A stretch of DNA of 64,000 nucleotides. Source: Eledone cirrhosa (lineage: Eukaryota). This document shows positions 11,517 to 24,376 of this stretch, piece by piece (position 1 is the stretch's first letter; every line of letters begins with the position of its first letter). Under the pieces are notes generated by a model, which was not told the DNA's origin, did no database searches, and saw only the letters and a list, made by a program, of their open reading frames with translations. The position numbers were made by a program, and so were the translations under genes. The stretch lies in assembly GCA_964016885.1 (NCBI GenBank), contig OZ024752.1:7874001-7938000 (forward strand), in the 5' to 3' direction.

Positions 11517-12080
11517 TGTTTTTTCAACACTGGTACAGACATTACAATACAACAGTTTTTTCAACACTGGTACAGACATTACAATACAACAGTTTTTTCA
11601 ACACTGGTACAGACATTACAATACAACAGTTTTTTCAACACTGGTACAGACATTACAATACAACAGTTTTTTCAACACTGGTACAGACATTACAATACAA
11701 CAGTTTTTTCAACACTGGTACAGACATTACAATACAACAGTTTTTTCAACACTGGTACAGACATTACAATACAACAGTTTTTTCAACACTGGTACAGACA
11801 TTACAATACAACAGTTTTTTCAACACTGGTACAGACATTACAATACAACAGTTTTTTCAACACTGGTACAGACATTACAATACAACAGTTTTTTCAACAC
11901 TGGTACAGACATTACAATACAACAGTTTTTTCAACACTGGTACAGACATTACAATACAACAGTTTTTTCAACACTGGTACAGACATTACAATACAACAGT
12001 TTTTTCAACACTGGTACAGACATTACAATACAACAGTTTTTTCAACACTGGTACAGACATTACAATACAACAGTTTTTTA
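11517..12080 (+). repeat. 37-bp minisatellite, ~15 apparently identical copies
   Basis: GTTTTTTCAACACTGGTACAGACATTACAATACAACA. Confidence 0.95.
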
Positions 12081-12248
12081 ATTAAATTTTTTAAAAACTC
12101 TTTCATTATAATATTTCTTAATGAAATATTCTGCCCCTGGTTTTCAAACACTCCTTCCAGTGGGTCCTGTCAGAAGCAACCGTCTCCAACTGACTCTCCA
12201 GCGATTCTTACCCGAGACATTCTAACCCCATATCCATTAACATTACTC

Positions 12249-12285
<37 letters not shown>

Positions 12286-12296
12286 GCAACAGCAGC

Positions 12297-12334
<38 letters not shown>

Positions 12335-12412
12335 CCCCCCCTCCAAAAAAAAAAAATAAATAAAATAAAAAAAACACAATAGTATCCAAAGAATAAGAAA
12401 TGTGCACTTTAC

Positions 12413-12495
12413 CGAAATAAGAACTGTCTGTTGAGATTCGATATATCAATAATGTCCATATCTATAATATCAATGTGACCGATACCCAGGAGAGC
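12413..12495 (-). CDS. UBA3: UBA3 exon (ALLGIGHIDIIDMDIIDISNLNRQFLFR)
   Basis: 83 nt, caacAG / GTAAAG, SNLNRQFLF E1 motif; phase fits both neighbours. Confidence 0.97.
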
Positions 12496-12639
12496 CTGTT
12501 GAAAAGAGGGGGACAAGAAAACAACATTTACATAGAAAATACAAAATATAAACAAAAAAAATATTGTTTTTTAATTGTTATCACCAACAACAACACAACT
12601 ACTACCACCGTGATTCACTCATAGAGAAATGATTTTGGC

Positions 12640-13320
12640 TAGGTTTCTACAGCTGGATGCCCTTCCTAACGCCAACCACATTTGCAATGTGGACTGGGTG
12701 CTTTTTGTTGTGACACCTACACGACCACTTTACAGTGTGGACTGGGTGCTTTTTGTTGTGACACCTACACGACCACTTTACAGTGTGGACTGGTGCTTTT
12801 TGTCGTGACACCTACATGACCACTTTACAGTGGGGACTGGTGCTTTTTGTCGTGACACCTACATGACCACTTTACAGTGGGGACTGGTGCTTTTTGTCGT
12901 GACACCTACATGACCAGTTTACAGTGGGGACTGGTGCTTTTTGTCGTGACACCTACATGACCAGTTTACAGTGTGGACTGGGTGCTTTTTGTTGTGACAC
13001 CTACATGACCACTTTACAGTGTGGACTGGGTGCTTTTTGTTGTGACACCTACATGACCACTTTATAGTGTGGTCTGGGTGCTTTTTGTTGTGACACCTAC
13101 ATGACCACTTTACAGTGTGGACTGGGTGCTTTTTGTTGTGACACCTACATGACCACTTTACAGTGTGGTCTGGGTGCTTTTTGTTGTGACACCTACATGA
13201 CCACTTTACAGTGTGGTCTGGGTGCTTTTTGTTGTGACACCTACATGACCACTTTACAGTGTGGACTGGGTGCTTTTTGTCGTGACACCTACACGACCAC
13301 TTTACAGTGTGGACTGGGTG
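12640..13320 (-). repeat. 47/48-bp minisatellite (~13 copies) grown inside an RTE/SINE 3' tail
   Basis: GACACCTACATGACCACTTTACAGTGTGGACTGGGTGCTTTTTGTTGT, preceded by TTCTACAGCTGGATGCCCTTCCTAACGCCAACCAC. Confidence 0.9.
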
Positions 13321-13574
13321 CCATTAGACCAGACAGTGGTACCATTAGACCAACTAGGCAGCTGGACTTCCACCGTGTTCATCAATCAAATTTCACAATC
13401 CAAGGCTATACGATAGTAGATGCTTGCCCAGGATGCTATGCAATAAGACCAAACTCGAAACCCTGTGGTTGTGAAACAAACCCCTTAACCCCATTAACCA
13501 TACCACCATGACTAACCCTGATGAAATATTTCAAAGAAAGAAATCAACAATTTTATAAATATAGAATCACTTAC

Positions 13575-13655
13575 CAAATTTTTTAAGAGTTCACAACCTA
13601 AACCTCCAGCCCCAACGATGAGGATACGGAATGTTTCTTGCAGGAATATCAAAGT
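13575..13655 (-). CDS. UBA3: UBA3 exon with GAGGLG nucleotide-binding motif (TLIFLQETFRILIVGAGGLGCELLKNL)
   Basis: 81 nt, tttccAG / GTAAGT boundaries, ThiF/MoeB GxGGxG motif. Confidence 0.97.
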
Positions 13656-14492
13656 CTGGAAATAAAATAAAGGGAATGAAGTAATTAATAATGGTTTCTG
13701 ATTCAAGCACAAGGTCAACATTTTGGAGAAGGGGAAAGCCAAGTACATCAACCCCAGTTCTTTACTGGTACTTTATTTTATCAATCTTGTAAGGATGAAG
13801 GGCAAAGCTGACCGTGGCAGGATTTGAACTCAGAACGTAAAGCACCAGAACAAATACTAAACATTTGTCCGATCCTCTGGTTCTGCTAATCGCTACAGGA
13901 ATAATAAAATGCAGAATTAGATATTAACCTTCAGTGTCCTAAAGATTAACTTCCTCACACCTATGAAGCTGGTTAATTAAACCAGGGTTGCCCATTAATT
14001 AAGAACCTCTAGGGCACTGATAGTCCTTGCTACACCATGGGAGTTACTCTCAGTTTGCTAAGAGTACCTACTTATCTATATATCTAACCGTATGGGATAA
14101 TAGGGAAAAAAAACAAAACCATTTTCCAATGTTTCTTAATCTCAAATAAACGTCCCCCTCCCCCGCTTATTAATTTATCAGACCCCCCCCCCCCCCCCCC
14201 CGCCCCATTCCTATTATTGTAAGTAGTAGCATTCCTGCAGCAATTAATTTTCTTTATACATTAAAAAACATTATACAACACAAAAAAGTCCATTATTAGA
14301 AATCTCATTTGTAATAAAATATATAGGTTGGGGTCTCAATATGTAAACTAAATGACAAATTGTGGTTTTAAAACAAAAATCAACAGAGACAACCTAGAAA
14401 CATTACCAATTTTCCAACACCCCACTTATTCCCCACCCCATTTATTTAGGATCTGAGAGTACACACGCAAAATCAAAAAAATTAACCAATAA

Positions 14493-14832
14493 TGGAGGCA
14501 CATGGCTTAGTGGTTAGAGCATTGCCCTTGCAATCGAAAGGTTGTGAGTTCAATTCTCAGACCGGGTGATGTTGTTGTTTCCTTGAGCAAGACACTTTAT
14601 TTCACATTGCTCCAGTTCACTCAGCTGTAGAAATGAGATGATAGGGACTGAGGTCCCTATCATTCCACTGCAAAGTGGTCGTGGAGGTGCCATGGCAAAA
14701 AAAGCACCCAGCACTCACTGTAAATGAGGTTGGTGTTAGGAAGGGCATCCAGCTGTAGAAGTCAAGCCAGAATCAGTTCCCGTCCCACCCTGGCAAGCAG
14801 GGAAAAGCAGACGTAAAATGAAATGATGATGA
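14493..14832 (+). mobile_element. tRNA-derived SINE: pol III head, Meta-like central domain, RTE-like tail
   Basis: A box TGGCTTAGTGG, B box GAGTTCAATTC, CCTTGAGCAAGACACTTTATTTCACATTGCTCCAG, tail ending (ATG)n. Copies at ~15880-16200 (+), ~38430-38580 (-), ~54425-54710 (-). Confidence 0.75.
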
Positions 14833-14917
14833 ATGATGAATACTCCCATGAAAAAACAAAAAAACAAAACAAGAAAGATTGTGTTTTGAGAAAAGAATCA
14901 GAGCAAGAGTAACTAAC

Positions 14918-15014
14918 CTCTGGGCTTGGTTCAAAGTCAGAATGAGTAAATGGTCCAGATCTTTCTAGAATCTTCTTCAGATGACTCCATCGGTCGCACC
15001 ATTCTGACTCCATT
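14918..15014 (-). CDS. UBA3: UBA3 exon, first recognisable coding exon ([32 protein letters not shown])
   Basis: ttttAG acceptor at 15015-16, GAG|GTTAGT donor. Matches human [28 protein letters not shown] at 15013-15011; upstream exon(s) not identified. Confidence 0.93.
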
Positions 15015-15191
15015 CTAAAATATAAAGAAACATTTTCTTGTTGACAACACAGTGATGGAAGGCAGGAGGCTGAGTTAAGTGCAAGAATCACAGGAGCTGG
15101 TGCAGTAACTAGCCAGCTCCAGCATTCAGTAATCAAAAGAAGGAAGGTAGGTGTAAAAGCCAAACTCGTTATCATTAATTTGATATTCGTA

Positions 15192-15382
15192 TGGCGGTGA
15201 ATTGGCAGTATTGGAAGAGGGTCGGACGGCATGCTTTGCAGCAAAGAGTTATGCCCCTTTATGATCTGAGTTCAAATCCCGTCGAGGTTAACTTTGCCTT
15301 TCATCTTTACGGGGTCGATAAAATAAAGCACCAGTAATACACTGAGATAATTTCTGGCCTTGTGCCAAATGTAGAAACAATT
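15192..15382 (+). mobile_element. SINE with Deu/Nin-like domain
   Basis: GAGTTCAAATCC B box plus TTTGCCTTTCATC..GGGGTCGATAAAATAAAG.ACCAG. Copies at ~13700-13860, 16400-16575, 17225-17330, 30560-30735, 32960-33095, 33265-33352, 58900-59075, 60470-60660, 62470-62675. Confidence 0.75.
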
Positions 15383-15384
15383 AA

Positions 15385-15845
15385 TTTGGTATTCGTGCCA
15401 ACCCTTACCTATGGTCATGAACCTTGGGTAATAACTGAAGGAATACGATCGCGAATATAAGCAACCACAATGGGGTTCCCCTGAAGGGTCTTTGAGGTAA
15501 GGTTACTCGATAGAGTGCATAGCTGAGAGATCAGAGAGTCACTCCAGGTAGAGCCACTACTTGTCCGAACTGAGAGATCACAGCTCTGATACTATGGATG
15601 TGGGGTTAGAATGTCTCAGGAAAGAATCGCTGGACAGATTTTACAGGCAAAACCAACCGGCAGGAGACCCAGGAATAGATCCCGAACAAGATGGTTGGAT
15701 AACATCTATGAGTTTGGCTGGTCTCACTTGGGGATCCAGCCAGATCAGTTGGAGACGGCTGTTTCTGACAGGATTCGACAAAAGGAGTGTTTGAGGACTC
15801 TTCCCCCATGACCATCCCAGGAATAATTGGACGAAGAAGAAGACA
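15385..15845 (+). mobile_element. Second RTE-like LINE family, degraded 3' end
   Basis: LTYGHEPWV...RMSQERIAGQILQAKPTGRRPR..RTRWLDNI; related pieces at ~12165-12240 (-) and ~59420-59655 (-). Confidence 0.65.
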
Positions 15846-16571
15846 ACACAACACAAAATGTACGGTATATATATATTTGGGTGATGTGTTGTTTCCTTGA
15901 GCAAGACACTTTATTTCACATTGCTCCAGTTTACTCAGCTGTAAAAATGAGATGATAGGACTGGGGTCCATATCATTCCACTGCAAAGTGGTCGTGGAGG
16001 TGCCACGGAAAAAAAAAGCACCCAGCCCACACTGTAAAGTGGATGTGTAGGCGCCACGGAAAAAAAGCACCCAGCACTCACTGTAAATGAGGTTGGTGTT
16101 AGGAAGGGCATCCAGCTGTAGAAATCAAGCCAGAATCAGTTCCCGTCCCACCCTTGCAAGCAGGGAAAAGCGGACGTAAAATGATGATGATGATGATGAT
16201 TCACACATTCATATAAACACACACACACAAACCCACATATACATATATATACACACATTTATATACTCCCCCCCCCTCTCAAACATTCCTGGCAGCCCCC
16301 TGTCCTGATGTGGTTGGTAATAAGAAGGGCTTCTAGCCATGGAGAGCTTGCCAAGCAACCAAACAAAGGACGTTAAAATGACAATGATGATGATAATGGC
16401 CGTATCGGTAGAGGGTCGGACACCATGCTTTACAGCACAGAGTTACGGCCCTTTACGGTCAAAGTTCAAATCCCACAGAGGTTAGCTTTGCCTTTCATCC
16501 TTAGGGGGTCGATAATATAAAGTACCAGTAATGCACTAGGGTAATTGCTGGCCTTGTGCCAAAAGAAGAAA

Positions 16572-16649
<78 letters not shown>

Positions 16650-16650
16650 A

Positions 16651-16846
16651 ACAAACGAGTTGTGGTAAGTAACCAGATGGACCATAACGCACCAGAGTAC
16701 TCAATACTTAGGGTAGTAGAGTGGGTAATAGGAAAATGTATGACCCCGACGGCAGAGCTCAAGCCGTTTCGACGGCTATTTCTGGACTCCAGAAATAGCC
16801 GTCGAAACGGCTTGAGCTCTGCCGTCGGGGTCATATATTTTCCTAT
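16651..16846 (-). mobile_element. Fold-back element in (TA)n: near-perfect hairpin 16728-16846 plus one-sided tail
   Basis: Arms of ~58 nt around loop ACT (16786-88). Family members at 17414-17605, ~57460-57600, 59847-59992, ~51352-51400. Confidence 0.8.
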
Positions 16847-17180
16847 ATATATATCATCATCATCATCATCATTTTACGTCTGCTTTTCCCTGCTTGCAAG
16901 GGTGGGACGGGTTCTATTCAGCACAGCATCTCCCCCACTTGTCACGGTCCTTCATCATCTCCTCCGTGAGCTTCAGCGATCTGAGGTCAGCTCTCACCAC
17001 CTCCGCCCATGTTTTTCATGGTCTTCCTCTATTGCGTCTCCCTTCCACTGGCATTTTTTTGCATTTCTTTACAGGTGATCATCCTCCATGCGCATCACAT
17101 GTCCATACCATTGCAGTCTTCTCTCCTGCACACTACAACTTATCCCTCTTATACACAGTTTCTCTCTCAACTCATCTATG

Positions 17181-17229
<49 letters not shown>

Positions 17230-17413
17230 TGTTTCTACTTTTGGCACAAGGCCAGCAATTACTGGTACTTTATTTTATCGACCCCGTATGGATGAAAGGC
17301 AAAGTTAACCTCGACGGGATTTGAACTCTATATATAATTATAAACAGGAAGGTCAGTAATTCATTACCACCTTATTACCAGTAAGAAAAAAAAAAAAAAA
17401 ATATATATATAGT

Positions 17414-17602
17414 AAAAGGTTCAGGACCCCGACGGCAAAGCTCAAGCCATTTCGACAGCTATTTCTGGACTAGAAATAGCTGTCGAAACGGCTTGAGCTC
17501 TGCCGTCAGGGTCCTGAACCTTTTCCTATTACCCACTCTACTACCCAAAGTATCGAGTACTCTGGTGCGCTATGGTCCACCCGGTTCCTTACCACACTTT
17601 GT

Positions 17603-17605
<3 letters not shown>
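17414..17605 (+). mobile_element. Fold-back element of the same family, opposite orientation
   Basis: Hairpin 17414-17524 then tail ...TATCGAGTACTCTGGTGCGCTATGGTCC...; flanked by TA runs. Confidence 0.8.
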
Positions 17606-17634
<29 letters not shown>

Positions 17635-17974
17635 GTGGGATTGAACCTGGAAGTTTAGGTATAGCAGACTCGTTAACTATTTGGTGTTACCTTCACATCA
17701 ATATATTCTAACACACCAAATACAGCTCCTTACACTGTCTGCTAGTTCCAATCTTACACGAGATTATATAACACAAGTTTGGTGCATAAAGATTAAAATC
17801 TGATGTATTAAGTTACAGCCCTTAAAAATGTAATGAAGATAAACAGGGGTTGTGCATGTTCATACATATGTGTGTATCAGTGTTGATATGTATATGTGTA
17901 TTTATGTGTGTGTGTATGTGTGTGTATGTATATGTAGTTGAGGGTCTGATCTCTGAATCAAGTGACATGTCACC

Positions 17975-19367
17975 TTAGCCCTTTACCTTTTACATTACTC
18001 TATATAAACTCATATTTTCACAGTAAAGGCTTTACCTCTCATAATATTGAATCTACGAGATTTTGATATTATTTTGAGAATGATACCTTAAGATGAGTAT
18101 GAGTGGCCAGTTACAGCTGGTTTGAACAGTAAGAGGTGATATAACATCAAAATCTCAGATTCGATATTATGTGAGTTAAAGCCTTTACTGTGAAAATACA
18201 ATAGTATATATAGAGTAATGTAAATGTTATGTGAGATATTATGTGAGGTAAAACCTTTACTGTGAAAATACAATAGTATATATAAAGTAATGTAAATGTT
18301 ATGTGAGATATTATGAGGTAAAGCCTTTACTGTGAAAATACAATAGTATATATAGAGTAATGTAAATGTTATATGAGATATTATGAGGTAAAGCCTTTAC
18401 TGTGAAAATACAATAGTATATATAGAGTAATGTAAATGTTATGTGAGATATTATGAGGTAAAGCCTTTACTGTGAAAATACAATAGTATATATAGAGTAA
18501 TGTAAATGTTATGTGAGATATTATGTGAGGTAAAGCCTTTACTGTGACAATACAATAGTATATATAGAGTAATGTAAATGTTATGTGAGATATTATGTGA
18601 GGTAAAGCCTTTACTGTAACAATACAATAGTATATATAGAGTAATGTAAATGTTATGTGAGATATTATGTGAGGTAAAGCCTTTACTCTGACAATACAAT
18701 AGTATATATAGAGTAATGTAAATGTTATGTGAGATATTATGTGAGTTAAAGCCTTTACTGTGAAAATACAATAGTATAGAGTAATGTAAATGTTATGTGA
18801 GATATTATGTGAGGTAAAGCCGTTACTGTGAAAATACAATAGTATATATAGAGTAATGTAAATGTTATGTGAGATATTATGTAAGATAAAGCCTTTACTG
18901 TGAAAATACAATAGTATATATAGAGTAATGTAAATGTTATGTGAGATATTATGTGAGGTAAAGCCTTTACTGTGAAAATACAATAGTATAGAGTAATGTA
19001 AATGTTATGTGAGATATTATGTGAGGTAAAGCCTTTACTGTGAAAATACAATAGTATATATAGAGTAATGTAAATGTTATGTGAGATATTATGTGAGTTA
19101 AAGCCTTTACTGTGAAAATACAATAGTATAGAGTAATGTAAATGTTATGTGAGATATTATGTGAGGTAAAGCCTTTACTGTGACAATACAATAGTATATA
19201 TAGAGTAATGTAAATGTTATGTGAGATATTATGTGAGGTAAAGCCTTTACTGTGAAAATACAATAGTATATATAGAGTAATGTAAATGTTATGTGAGTTA
19301 AAGCCTTTACTGTGAAAATACAATAGTATAGAGTAATGTAAATGTTATGTGAGATATTATTTGAGGT
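17975..19367 (-). mobile_element. Two TTAA MITE copies joined tail-to-tail (short + copy 17975-18140, arrayed - copy 18141-19367)
   Basis: Same 60/72-bp unit, ~17 copies in the - strand member. Confidence 0.75.
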
Positions 19368-21237
19368 ACACACTGAGTTGCTAAACACCTGAGATGGTAA
19401 ACACACTGAACTGGTAAACACACTGAGATGGTAAACACACTGAGATGCTAAACACACTGAGATGCTAAACACACTGAGATGGTAAACACACTGAGCTGCT
19501 AAACACAAATAGTAAACACACTGAACTGGTAAACACACTGAGATGCTAAACACACTGAGATGCTAAACACACTGAGGTGGTAAACACACTGAGCTGCTAA
19601 ACACACTGAGCTGCTAAACACAGATAGTAAACACACTGAGCTGCTAAACACAGATAGTAAACACACTGAACTGGTAAACACACTGAGATGGTAAACACAC
19701 TGAGATGGTAAACACACTGAGATGGTAAACACACTGAGATGGTAAACACACTGAGATGCTAAACACAGATAGTAAACACACTGAGCTGCTAAACACAGAT
19801 AGTAAACACACTGAACTGGTAAACACACTGAGATGGTAAACACACTGAGATGGTAAACACACTGAGATGGTAAACACACTGAGATGGTAAACACACTGAG
19901 ATGGTAAACACACTGAGATGCTAAACACACTGATATGCTAAACACACTGAGATGCTAAACACACTGAGCTGCTAAACACACTGAGATGGTAAACACACTG
20001 AGATGGTAAACACACTGAGATGGTAAACACACTGAGATGGTAAACACACTGAGATGCTAAACACACTGAGATGGTAAACACACTGAGATGCTAAACACAC
20101 TGAGATGGTAAACACACTGAGATGTTAAACACACTGAGATGCTAAACACACTGAGATGGTAAACACACTGAGCTGCTAAACACACTGAGATGCTAAACAC
20201 ACTGAGATGGTAAACACACTGAGATGGTAAACACACTGAGATGCTAAACACACTGAGATGGTAAACACACTGAGATGCTAAACACACTGAGATGGTAAAT
20301 ACACTGAGCTGCTAAACACAGATAGTAAACACACTGAGCTGCTAAACACAGATAGTAAACACACTGAACTGGTAAACACACTGAGATGGTAAACACACTG
20401 AGATGGTAAACACACTGAGATGGTAAACACACTGAGATGGTAAACACACTGATATGCTAAACACACTGAGATGCTAAACACACTGAGCTGCTAAACACAC
20501 TGAGATGGTAAACACACTGAGATGGTAAACACACTGAGATGGTAAACACACTGAGATGGTAAACACACTGATATGCTAAACACACTGAGATGCTAAACAC
20601 ACTGAGCTGCTAAACACACTGAGATGGTAAACACACTGAGATGGTAAACACACTGAGATGGTAAACACACTGAGATGGTAAACACACTGAGATGCTAAAC
20701 ACACTGAGATGGTAAACACACTGAGATGCTAAACACACTGAGATGGTAAACACACTGAGATGCTAAACACACTGAGATGGTAAACACACTGAGATGCTAA
20801 ACACACTGAGATGGTAAACACACTGAGCTGCTAAACACACTGAGATGCTAAACACACTGAGATGGTAAACACACTGAGATGCTAAACACACTGAGATGGT
20901 AAACACACTGAGATGCTAAACACACTGAGATGGTAAACACACTGAGATGCTAAACACACTGAGATGGTAAACACACTGAGATGCTAAACACACTGAGATG
21001 GTAAACACACTGAGCTGCTAAACACACTGAGATGCTAAACACACTGAGATGGTAAACACACTGAGATGGTAAACACACTGAGATGCTAAACACACTGAGA
21101 TGGTAAACACACTGAGATGCTAAACACACTGAGATGGTAAATACACTGAGCTGCTAAACACAGATAGTAAACACACTGAGCTGCTAAACACAGATAGTAA
21201 ACACACTGAACTGGTAAACACACTGAGATGGTAAACA
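19368..21237 (+). repeat. 17-bp satellite (~110 copies) with higher-order blocks
   Basis: AAACACACTGAGATG(G/C)T; recurring CACAGATAGT...CTGAACTGGT cassette. Confidence 0.95.
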
Positions 21238-21524
21238 ACAACAACAGCAGTCATAATTTATCTGAGAGACAACACCTATCAAAAATACATCAAGCATTGA
21301 ATCTAAAGACAGAAACACACATTCCAGAAGTAGTGTGTATGTGTGTGTGTGTGTATGTGTGTGTCTGTGTATGTATGTGTGTGTGTATGTGTGTGTCTGT
21401 ATGGATGTGTGAGAGAGAGAAACGGGGTAGAGAGAGAGATTCTTCATATATGTACCTGTGTCTATGAGAGAGAGTCAGAGAGAGAAGGAGAGACTCATGG
21501 ATGTGCTTGTATATGCATCAACAT

Positions 21525-21797
21525 CTGTGTGTGTGTGTGTGAGCAGATGTATGTGTGTGTGAGTGAGCAGGTGTGTGTGTGAATGAGCAGATGTGTGTGA
21601 GTGAGCAGATGTGTGTGTGTGTGAGTGAGAAGGTGTATGTGTGTGTGTGAGTGAGCAGATGTGTGTGTGTGTGAGTGAGCAGATGTGTGTGTGTGTGAGT
21701 GAGCAGTTGTGTGTGTGTGTGTGTGAGTGAGCAGTTGTATGTATGTGTGTGTGTGTGTGAGTGAGCAGATGTGTGTGTGTGTGAGTGAGCAGTTGTA

Positions 21798-21841
<44 letters not shown>

Positions 21842-22039
21842 TGAGCAGATGTGTGTGTGTGAGTGAGCAGTTGTATGTATGTGTGTGTGTGTGTGAGTGA
21901 GCAGATGTGTGTGTGTGTGAGTGAGCAGTTGTATGTATGTGTGTGTATGTGTGTGTGTGTGAGTGAGCAGTTGTATGTATGTGTGTGTGTGTGTGTGTGT
22001 GAGTGAGCAGATGTGTGTGTGTGTGAGTGAGCAGTTGTA

Positions 22040-22071
<32 letters not shown>

Positions 22072-22347
22072 AGTGAGCAGTTGTGTGTGTGTGTGTGAGT
22101 GAGCAGTTGTATGTGTGTGTGTGTGTGTGTGTGTGAGTGAGCAGTTGTGTGTGTGTGTGTGTGTGTGTGTGAGTGAGCAGATGTGTGTGTGTGTGTGTGT
22201 GTGAGTGAGCAGATGTGTGTGTGTGTGAGTGAGCAGTTGTATGTATGTGTGTGTGTGTGAGCAGTTGTGTGTGTGTGTGTGTGTGTGTGTGAGTGAGCAG
22301 TTATATGTATGTGTGTGTGTGTGTGTGTGTGTGAGTGAGCAGTTGTA

Positions 22348-22393
<46 letters not shown>

Positions 22394-22441
22394 TGAGCAG
22401 TTGTATGTATGTGTGTGTGTGTGTGTGTGTGAGTGAGCAGT

Positions 22442-22487
<46 letters not shown>

Positions 22488-22491
22488 CAGT

Positions 22492-22573
<82 letters not shown>
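21525..22573 (+). repeat. (GT)n microsatellite punctuated by GAGTGAGCAG(A/T)TG
   Basis: Direct inspection. Confidence 0.95.
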
Positions 22574-22574
<1 letters not shown>

Positions 22575-22678
22575 ACCCTATTCCAATTTCTTTCGAACTA
22601 ATTACAGAGAGAATGTGTAAATAAATGGAATTAGACTATTAAGAAGACAAGGAATTCTAGCAGGTAAGGTGGACGTTA

Positions 22679-23556
22679 GGGTGGTGGTGGTGGTGGTGGT
22701 AGTGGTGGTGGTGGTGGTGGTGGTGGTGGTGGTAGTGGTGGTGGTGGTGGTGGTAGTGGTGGTGGTGGTGGTAGTGGTGGTAAGGGTAGTGGTGACAGTG
22801 GTGGTGATGGTGGTAGTGGTGATAGTGGTGATAGTGGTGGTAGTGGTGGTGGTGGTGGTGGTGGTGGTAGTGGTGGTGGTGGTGGTAGTGGTGGTGGTGG
22901 TGGTGGTGGTAGTGGTGGTGGTGGTGGTAGTGGTGGTAGTGGTGGTGGTGGTGGTGGTGGTGGTGGTAGTGGTGGTAAGGGTAGTGGTGACAGTGGTGGT
23001 GATGGTGGTAGTGGTGATAGTGGTGATAGTGGTGGTAGTGGTGGTGGTGGTGGTGGTGGTGGTAGTGGTGGTGGTGGTGGTAGTGGTGGTGGTGGTGGTG
23101 GTGGTGGTAAGGGTAGTGGTGACAGTGGTGGTGATGGTGGTAGTGGTGATAGTGGTGATAGTGGTGGTAGTGGTGGTGGTGGTAGTGGTGGTAGTGGTGG
23201 TAGTGGTGGTGGTGGTGGTGGTGGTAAGGGTAGTGGTGACAGTGGTGGTGATGGTGGTAGTGGTGATAGTGGTGATAGTGGTGGTAGTGGTGGTGGTGGT
23301 GGTGGTGGTGGTGGTAGTGGTGGTGGTGGTGGTAGTGGTGGTGGTGGTGGTGGTGGTAGTGGTGGTATTGGTGGTGGTGGTGGTGGTGGTAAGGGTAGTG
23401 GTGACAGTGGTGGTGATGGTGGTAGTGGTGATAGTGGTGATAGTGGTGGTAGTGGTGGTGGTGGTGGTGGTGGTAAGGGTAGTGGTGACAGTGGTGGTGA
23501 TGGTGAGTGTGGTGGTGGTGGTGGTGGTGAGGGTGATGGCAGCGGTGGTGGTGGTG
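22679..23556 (+). repeat. (GTG)n tract with a recurring higher-order cassette
   Basis: GTAAGGGTAGTGGTGACAGTGGTGGTGATG recurs about six times. Confidence 0.95.
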
Positions 23557-23810
23557 TTGATCATAGTATCTATATGATGATGATGGTGATGATGATAAAT
23601 AGTATCTATATGATGATGATGATGATGATGGTGATGATGATAAATAGTATCTATATGATGATGATGATGATAGTATCTATATAACATAAATAAACTATAT
23701 ATAAATATATCATCATTATCGTATGTCCATTTTTTCAAGCTGGCATGGGTTGGACAGGTCATTACAGACTAAGTCAGTATTTAATCAGAGTTACTGTCCC
23801 CTTAAACCAA

Positions 23811-24376
23811 GACACCAATGTGGAATTAACTGGTCCCTTATAAAGTTTACAGCTGACACCAATGTGGAATTAACTGGTCCCTTATAAAGTTTACAGCTGA
23901 CACCAATGTGGAATTAACTGGTCCCTTATAAAGTTTACAGCTGACACCAATGTGGGATTAACTGGTCCCTTATAAAGTTTACAGCTGACACCAATGTGGG
24001 ATTAACTGGTCCCTTATAAAGTTTACAGCTGACACCAATGTGGGATTAACTGGTCCCTTATAAAGTTAACAGCTGACACCAATGTGGGATTAACTGGTCC
24101 CTTATAAAGTTTACAGCTGACACCAATGTGGGATTAACTGGTCCCTTATAAATTTTACAGCTGACACCCAATGTAGGATTAACTGGTCCCTTATAAAGTT
24201 TACAACTGACACCAATGTGGGATTAACTGGTCCCTTACAAAGTTTACAACTGATACCAATGTGGGATTTACTGGTCCCTTATAAAGTTTACAACAGACAC
24301 CAATGTGGGATTAACTGGTCCCTTATAAAGTTTACAACAGACACCAATGTGGGATTAACTGGTCCCTTATAAAGTT
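23811..24376 (+). repeat. 44-bp minisatellite (~13 copies)
   Basis: GACACCAATGTGGGATTAACTGGTCCCTTATAAAGTTTACAGCT. Confidence 0.95.

Noticed and set aside
11517-12080. CRISPR-like 37-bp repeat
   Set aside because: Units are contiguous with no spacers, the context is eukaryotic, and there are no cas genes.
14493-14570. tRNA gene
   Set aside because: A/B boxes run directly into SINE body and tail; it is a SINE head.
16574-17078. Same peptide encoded on both strands
   Set aside because: Trivial consequence of the DNA palindrome.
22602-23762. Thr-rich mucin-like / poly-Val ORFs
   Set aside because: (GTG)n microsatellite with no splice or domain support.
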